Shown in pieces: positions 58,997 to 64,000 of a DNA stretch of 64,000 bases. Position numbers and translations under genes: made by a program. This DNA comes from Candidatus Binatia bacterium (GTDB lineage Bacteria; Desulfobacterota; Binatia; Bin18): the NCBI GenBank assembly GCA_963664395.2, contig OY761159.2, positions 4,751,369 to 4,815,368 of the forward strand. The letters run 5' to 3'. Position 1 is the stretch's first letter. Every line of letters starts with the position of its first letter. Below the pieces are notes generated by a model that did no database searches, was not told where the DNA came from, and saw nothing but the letters and a program-made list of their open reading frames with translations.

Positions 58997-59071
58997 GAGC
59001 GATTCACAGTGGCCCCGTGCGGCCTTTCGTGGTATTGACCCCACCGACGCCGCCCACTCAGGGGGAACCCG

Positions 59072-60070
59072 ATGCACGCGATGACTGTTGTTGCTCCCGG
59101 ACCGATCGAGACCCACCCGCTCCACGCGCTGGATCTCCCCACTCCCCAGCCGGCCCAGGGCGAAGTCCTCATTCGGGTTGAGGTGTGCGGGGTGTGTCGA
59201 ACCGACCTGCACGTTGCCGAAGGCGACCTGCCGGCCCAGCGCAGTCCGCTCATTCCGGGCCATGAAATCATCGGCAGCGTCATCCGTAGCGGAGCCAGCG
59301 TACAGCGCCTCAAGGAAGGCGACCGGGTCGGCGTGGCTTGGCTGTATGCCGCCTGTACGCAGTGTGACTACTGTCGGCGCGGAGACGAAAATCTATGCCA
59401 ACAGCCGCAATTTACCGGCTATACCAAACACGGCGGCTATGCCGAGTATGTTGTCGCTCCGGAGGCATTTGTATACCCCCTGCCTGCTGCGCTCTCCTCA
59501 GTGGAAGCCGCCCCGTTTCTGTGTGCGGGGATTATCGGTTACCGCGCCTTGCAGCGCTGTGGCGTCCAACCCAAACAACGTCTGGGCTTGTATGGCTTTG
59601 GGGGGTCCGCCCATATTGTCATCCAGATTGCTCGGCATTGGGACTGCGAAGTCTATGTGGTGACGCGCGGCCAGACACATCGCGCCCTCGCCACCCGGTT
59701 AGGTGCCACCTGGGTCGGGGAGATCACCAACCCCCTACCCGAGAAACTGCATGCCACAATTATTTTTGCCCCGGCCGGAAACTTGGTCCCCCCTGCCCTG
59801 GCAGCGCTGGACCGAGGCGGAACCCTGGCCTTGGCCGGCGTCCACATGAGCCAGATTCCACCGCTCGATTATGCCGACGCTCTCTTCTACGAGCGCACCA
59901 TTTGCAGCGTGACAGCCAATACGCGCCAGGACGGACGGGACTTACTCCACCTGACCCACAGCATCCCGCTCCACACTCAGACCGAAGCATACCCCCTGGC
60001 GCAGGCGAACACCGCACTAAAACGAATGAAAAACGGACAGCTCAACGGCGCGGCGGTCCTGCGGATATAG
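59072..60070 (+). CDS. Zinc-dependent alcohol dehydrogenase family protein
   Basis: CGVCRTDLH, GHEI, CTQCDYC..G.ENLC, CAGIIGYR, GLYGFG. Confidence 0.92.
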   Translation: MHAMTVVAPGPIETHPLHALDLPTPQPAQGEVLIRVEVCGVCRTDLHVAEGDLPAQRSPLIPGHEIIGSVIRSGASVQRLKEGDRVGVAWLYAACTQCDYCRRGDENLCQQPQFTGYTKHGGYAEYVVAPEAFVYPLPAALSSVEAAPFLCAGIIGYRALQRCGVQPKQRLGLYGFGGSAHIVIQIARHWDCEVYVVTRGQTHRALATRLGATWVGEITNPLPEKLHATIIFAPAGNLVPPALAALDRGGTLALAGVHMSQIPPLDYADALFYERTICSVTANTRQDGRDLLHLTHSIPLHTQTEAYPLAQANTALKRMKNGQLNGAAVLRI

Positions 60071-60707
60071 GCGACTCGTCTACATCCCCCCGCAACCCGG
60101 CTTTGGGTGCCGTGCAGATGACGCTATCTCCTCCATAACTCCCCGTGCACATCCAGCGATACTCGGTCACTGTGTCCGATAAATCCGCCTCATCATGGTC
60201 AAAAAGGTCTCCCGTCATACAACTACTGCGAGTGTTTCCGCATTGCCCGTCTACCTCGGCCAGACACGTCGGCGAGTTCGCTCCATACGCCCGCTCACAG
60301 GTCCACTCACAGGCCGTAATCTCTGCCGCTGCCGTGCTGGAACGCACGAATTCAGTTATCTCAAAAATCCCATCGTTATGGGCGTGGGCCTTCCCCTCGT
60401 CTCCATAGGCATCCTCATAGGCACGATAGCGCCCACGCACTGCCACAAAGAGGCCGCCAGACTCCGACAGATGTGCACTATCCGCTCCGTCATATGCTGC
60501 TGAGAGAGCGGTAAAGGCCGAACTGCCGGTCTCCACAGCCCACAATTCGAATACATGACACGGGTGCAACGTGTTGTCGCCCTCCGCCTCAGAACCGCCC
60601 ACGTACAACCCCGTGACTGTGATAATGTCGCTCTCCTGAGTCCATACGCGACCGCTAGGCAGCACCAATAGCAGCAGGACAGCACAGAAGCCTGTCATTC
60701 TCCACAT
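60042..60707 (-). CDS. Secreted hypothetical protein with Cys-rich C-terminal module
   Basis: Signal peptide MWRMTGFCAVLLLLVLP; tail VDGQCGNTRSSC...RWMCTGSYGGDSVIC. Confidence 0.65.
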   Translation of the reverse strand: MWRMTGFCAVLLLLVLPSGRVWTQESDIITVTGLYVGGSEAEGDNTLHPCHVFELWAVETGSSAFTALSAAYDGADSAHLSESGGLFVAVRGRYRAYEDAYGDEGKAHAHNDGIFEITEFVRSSTAAAEITACEWTCERAYGANSPTCLAEVDGQCGNTRSSCMTGDLFDHDEADLSDTVTEYRWMCTGSYGGDSVICTAPKAGLRGDVDESPISAGPPRR

Positions 60708-60754
60708 GTTCCGTACCCCACACGTTTCGCTGTTTGCGTATTCGGCCACCCTCA

Positions 60755-61459
60755 TCAGTCCTTGTCCCCCGGACTGGCCACCAGGCAGACATTACTGTCT
60801 ACAGCAAAGCCGTAGGCCGCTCCGACAGCTTCCACGCACGTCAACTCGCTTTGACATTCGCTGGCGCTGTCACAGTCCCCTTGCCCCGCACTGCACGGCC
60901 CCATGACTTGACAGTAGTCCGCATGCCCCGGTAACAGCGGCGGGCGGGGCGTCTTGCGCGCTTTGTAATACCACCCGCTAAACCTGACCCATAATTCGTT
61001 CGTGCCGATGATCTCTAAGTACTTCGAGGGACCGCTGGCACCCGGCTTATAAATTTCGATGATTTCATCTCCGGTGGCGTCCCCTTGATACCCCAAATAA
61101 AAACTGCTCCACCGCCTCCCACGAGACGGCACATTCCCTTCCGGTTGGAAGGGATAGTACCAGACCGTATAGGTCGGATTCTCGATCCGCAAACCCGAGG
61201 GATATTGAAACAAGGAGGCCGTCACAATCAGTTCCTGCCCCACCCATGCCTGGGCCTCAGCCGCCGTGGTAGCGCCGCCCCGGTACTTGTCCGCCTCATA
61301 AATCTCATACCGCCCGTAGAGCGGACTCAGGTCTTTGTCGGTCACTTCATACGGCGGGGTATACTCCTGGACCCGCGTCCGTGTTTGCCCCATCGCCCAC
61401 TCGGCCACGAGTAGCAGCAGGCACAGGGGAACGAACACGGTTATGACTCGGGCTGGCAT
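60755..61459 (-). CDS. Secreted hypothetical protein with 6-Cys C-terminal module
   Basis: RBS AAGGAG, signal peptide; tail YCQVMGPCSAGQGDCDSASECQSELTC...NVC. Confidence 0.72.
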   Translation of the reverse strand: MPARVITVFVPLCLLLLVAEWAMGQTRTRVQEYTPPYEVTDKDLSPLYGRYEIYEADKYRGGATTAAEAQAWVGQELIVTASLFQYPSGLRIENPTYTVWYYPFQPEGNVPSRGRRWSSFYLGYQGDATGDEIIEIYKPGASGPSKYLEIIGTNELWVRFSGWYYKARKTPRPPLLPGHADYCQVMGPCSAGQGDCDSASECQSELTCVEAVGAAYGFAVDSNVCLVASPGDKD

Positions 61460-61611
61460 CCACTCTCCTTCTTGTCCGGCCTTATCCCCTCGCTAATCAT
61501 AGATGCGCTCATAGTGCCCACGGAAGAAGATCGTCCATTCGTCCCGCCGCCACTTTATCAGGTCCAACGTATACGGCTTCCCTGCGAAACGAAACGCGAA
61601 GGTAGATTTGC

Positions 61612-61640
61612 TTGACACGCCCCCGTGGCCTCTCTACTCT
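61612..61640 (+). promoter_or_regulatory. Sigma70-type promoter for the HAD hydrolase gene
   Basis: TTGACA-17 nt-TACTCT. Confidence 0.55.
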
Positions 61641-61674
61641 CCTGCCCCAGAACTGAGAAGAGTCAGGACACGGT

Positions 61675-62388
61675 ATGGCAGACACACGAGCAGTTTTCTT
61701 TGATTTTGGCGGCACCCTGTTTGACTATGAAACAACCGCACCGGGAGAGCGTGCCTGCTTAATCGAGTTGGCCCAGGCGGCAGGGATTACGGCGGCAGCG
61801 CAGGACATTCGACGAGCCTATCGAATAGCGCTGAAAAACGTGTTTTACCAATACCTGCCTCGATCGTATTATCTTCACCGCGATATGTTCCAGGACGCTT
61901 TGCAAGCAACAGCCGCCCATTTTGGGACAAGGTTCACCCAAGAGCATCTCGCCCGCTACCGGGCGAATCAACACCAACGTCGAGAGCAGGACTTTCAGCT
62001 GCGGAACGGGGTCGCCGAGACATTGTCTGCGTTACGTCAGCACGGCCTCCACCTCGGCATTGTCAGCAATGCCGACAACGATCAATTTTCACACTTGCTG
62101 CAACTCTCCCAACTCCGGCCCTGCTTCCACTCACTCCTCACTAGTGAAGACGCGCAATCCTGCAAGCCGGATCAAGCAATTTTTTTGCAGGCCCTCACAC
62201 AAGCTGACTGTGCACCGAGCCAGGCATACTTTGTCGGGGATTCCCTTCAGCAGGATATTGCCGGCGCCAATCGGGCGGGGATGCGCTCGGTTTTAATCTG
62301 GTCGCGGCCGGATATCGAGCCACCGGACACCCCGGCCCCTCCCCGGCATGTGATCCGCAGCATTCCCGAAATTTTGGACATCGTGTAG
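61675..62388 (+). CDS. HAD superfamily hydrolase (subfamily IA)
   Basis: FFDFGGTL, IVSN, KPD..IF, VGDS..DI.GA..AGM. Confidence 0.9.
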   Translation: MADTRAVFFDFGGTLFDYETTAPGERACLIELAQAAGITAAAQDIRRAYRIALKNVFYQYLPRSYYLHRDMFQDALQATAAHFGTRFTQEHLARYRANQHQRREQDFQLRNGVAETLSALRQHGLHLGIVSNADNDQFSHLLQLSQLRPCFHSLLTSEDAQSCKPDQAIFLQALTQADCAPSQAYFVGDSLQQDIAGANRAGMRSVLIWSRPDIEPPDTPAPPRHVIRSIPEILDIV

Positions 62389-62437
62389 GTTCGGGGAGAG
62401 GGCGTAGAGATATGCTTCCGCATGAGGAGATGGTGCG

Positions 62438-64000
62438 ATGCGCACGCTACTGATTATTGGCGCGGTTCTTCTTATCGCAGTCGGCCTGCTTGCCTTTGCC
62501 CTTATCAACCTCAACAGCCTGATTGCCAGTAATAAAGAGCAGATTCTGCAACAGGTCGAGCAGACCCTCGGCCGAGAGGTTGAGGTGCAGGAAATCGGCG
62601 TGACGGTGTGGGGCGGGATAGGTGCGCGCCTGACACAGTTTCGTATTGCCGATGATCCGGCCTTTTCGGCTGAGGCATTTGTCCGGGCCGACGACCTCCA
62701 GGTGAATGTTGCGCTGTGGCCGCTGTTGTCTCAAGAAGTTCAGGTCAGGCGTCTGATCCTGCGGAAACCTCAGATTCAGCTTATTCGTGATGAGCAGGGA
62801 CAGTTCAACTTCACCAGCCTGGCCCAAACCGAGGCGAGTACACCGGAAGAGACAGCGCAAAAGAGCGAGGGGGCGTCATCTCCCCCCCTGCTGTTACTGG
62901 TCGCTTTACTCGATATCCAAGATGGAGACATCCGTTATATTGACCGGCAGGCTGGAACGGATTTTCGGGTGACCCAGCTCGACCTTCGGGCGCACGACGT
63001 GAGTCTTGACGAACCTGTTCGGCTCGAACTTGACGCCGCCGTCCTCTCAGACCAGCAGAATATCGCTGTGGACGTGCGAGCCGGACCGGTTGGTCCAGGG
63101 CTGGATAATGTCACTGCCATTCCCCTCGAAGGCACGGCGGCGATCAGTCAACTCGACGTGAACGCCCTGCAACAAGCCCTGCCCGACATTGCCCGGCACA
63201 TCCCGCCAGAGCTGGGTATTTCCGGCCCATTCAATCTGAAAACTGATTTTTCCGGTCGCGTCGGTGCAGTCCATCTGTCCAATCTGGATATGCAAGCTTC
63301 AATCTTCGGTTCCAGTGCGCCCAATATCCAGGTCACGGGCAGCTTTGGTCCGGTCGGCGTAGAAATCTCAGATCCACTCGCCGAGAGTGCACTGAACGCC
63401 GACATGGCGTTGGGGCCAGTTGCGCTTGAGCGCCTTCAACAGTTTGGTCCTTTAACCGGACAACTGCCCCCAGACCTCAACGTTGAGGGGCCCGTCTCAG
63501 TGACCGTCCAGGCGAGTGGCACCCCCAACAATCTGACTCTCACCAGCCGTGTCGAGGCAAGCGACAGCGCTATTCGCTTTGGAGAACTCTTCAATAAGCC
63601 GTCCGGTAATGTCCTCACCCTCTCGACTCAGGCACGATTGACGCCGCAGGCCGCCGTCCTCCAAAAGACCACCCTCACCTTTCATACGCTTGAGCTCACT
63701 GTCAGTGGAAACATTGGTCTCGCCGCTGCTCCCACTCTCGACCTGACTCTTGATTCTCATCGGGCCGAGCTTGCAGACCTGCGTAGTCTCCTGCCCCTCC
63801 TCCAGGAATATGACGTGGCCGGCACCTTTGAAACACATCTGCGGATAGCCGGACCGCTCACAGCAGAACAACTCCCCCAGCTCACGGGGACACTGAGCCT
63901 CCAGGACGGAAGCGCCGCTCTGGACCAGTTGTCAAAGCCGGTAACTGATATCCAGGCATCAGTCACATTCACCGGTCAGGGGGCTGAGCTGACCAATACT
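62438..64000 (+). CDS. AsmA family protein (3' end runs off the window)
   Basis: Not in the ORF track. ATG after GAGGAG; MRTLLIIGAVLLIAVGLLAFALINLN...VEQTLGREV...IADDPAFS...LWPLL...LRKPQIQLIRDEQGQFNF. Confidence 0.85.
   Translation, partial: MRTLLIIGAVLLIAVGLLAFALINLNSLIASNKEQILQQVEQTLGREVEVQEIGVTVWGGIGARLTQFRIADDPAFSAEAFVRADDLQVNVALWPLLSQEVQVRRLILRKPQIQLIRDEQGQFNFTSLAQTEASTPEETAQKSEGASSPPLLLLVALLDIQDGDIRYIDRQAGTDFRVTQLDLRAHDVSLDEPVRLELDAAVLSDQQNIAVDVRAGPVGPGLDNVTAIPLEGTAAISQLDVNALQQALPDIARHIPPELGISGPFNLKTDFSGRVGAVHLSNLDMQASIFGSSAPNIQVTGSFGPVGVEISDPLAESALNADMALGPVALERLQQFGPLTGQLPPDLNVEGPVSVTVQASGTPNNLTLTSRVEASDSAIRFGELFNKPSGNVLTLSTQARLTPQAAVLQKTTLTFHTLELTVSGNIGLAAAPTLDLTLDSHRAELADLRSLLPLLQEYDVAGTFETHLRIAGPLTAEQLPQLTGTLSLQDGSAALDQLSKPVTDIQASVTFTGQGAELTNT

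Overview
A GC-rich bacterial chromosome segment with deltaproteobacterial-type housekeeping genes. Gene order and F420 genes suggest a Binatia-like lineage, possibly host-associated (inference only). The core genes are cimA (partial), lysC, tsaE, nnr, glmM, ftsH, tilS, tRNA-Met, lipB, cofGHDE, fbp, fbaB, tRNA-Arg(TCG), modABC, cysS, acs, mlaEFDAC, a beta-PGM/trehalose-phosphatase fusion with a GH65 enzyme, and an AsmA-family gene (partial). A ~17 kb accessory block lies between cofE and fbp. Its first half is a type I restriction-modification locus with a variant HsdM catalytic motif (NPHF), an embedded DUF6883-DUF4926 pair, and an hsdS whose first target-recognition domain is broken by many small deletions. 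Its second half is a tightly coupled 7-gene operon joining a circularly permuted ATP-grasp ligase and an alpha-E protein to a complete partner-switching cascade (RsbW-like kinase, STAS, REC-PP2C, periplasmic binding protein, HAMP histidine kinase). That operon lacks the usual transglutaminase/peptidase and any sigma factor, and is the best candidate for an undescribed system. Other notable items: an orphan two-repeat type I-E CRISPR mini-array abutting a mazEF module, an orphan type III Mod-like methyltransferase, two secreted proteins with Cys-rich tails, an unannotated 35-aa membrane microprotein, and many short tandem duplications at gene termini. All family assignments are by motif recognition, not database search.
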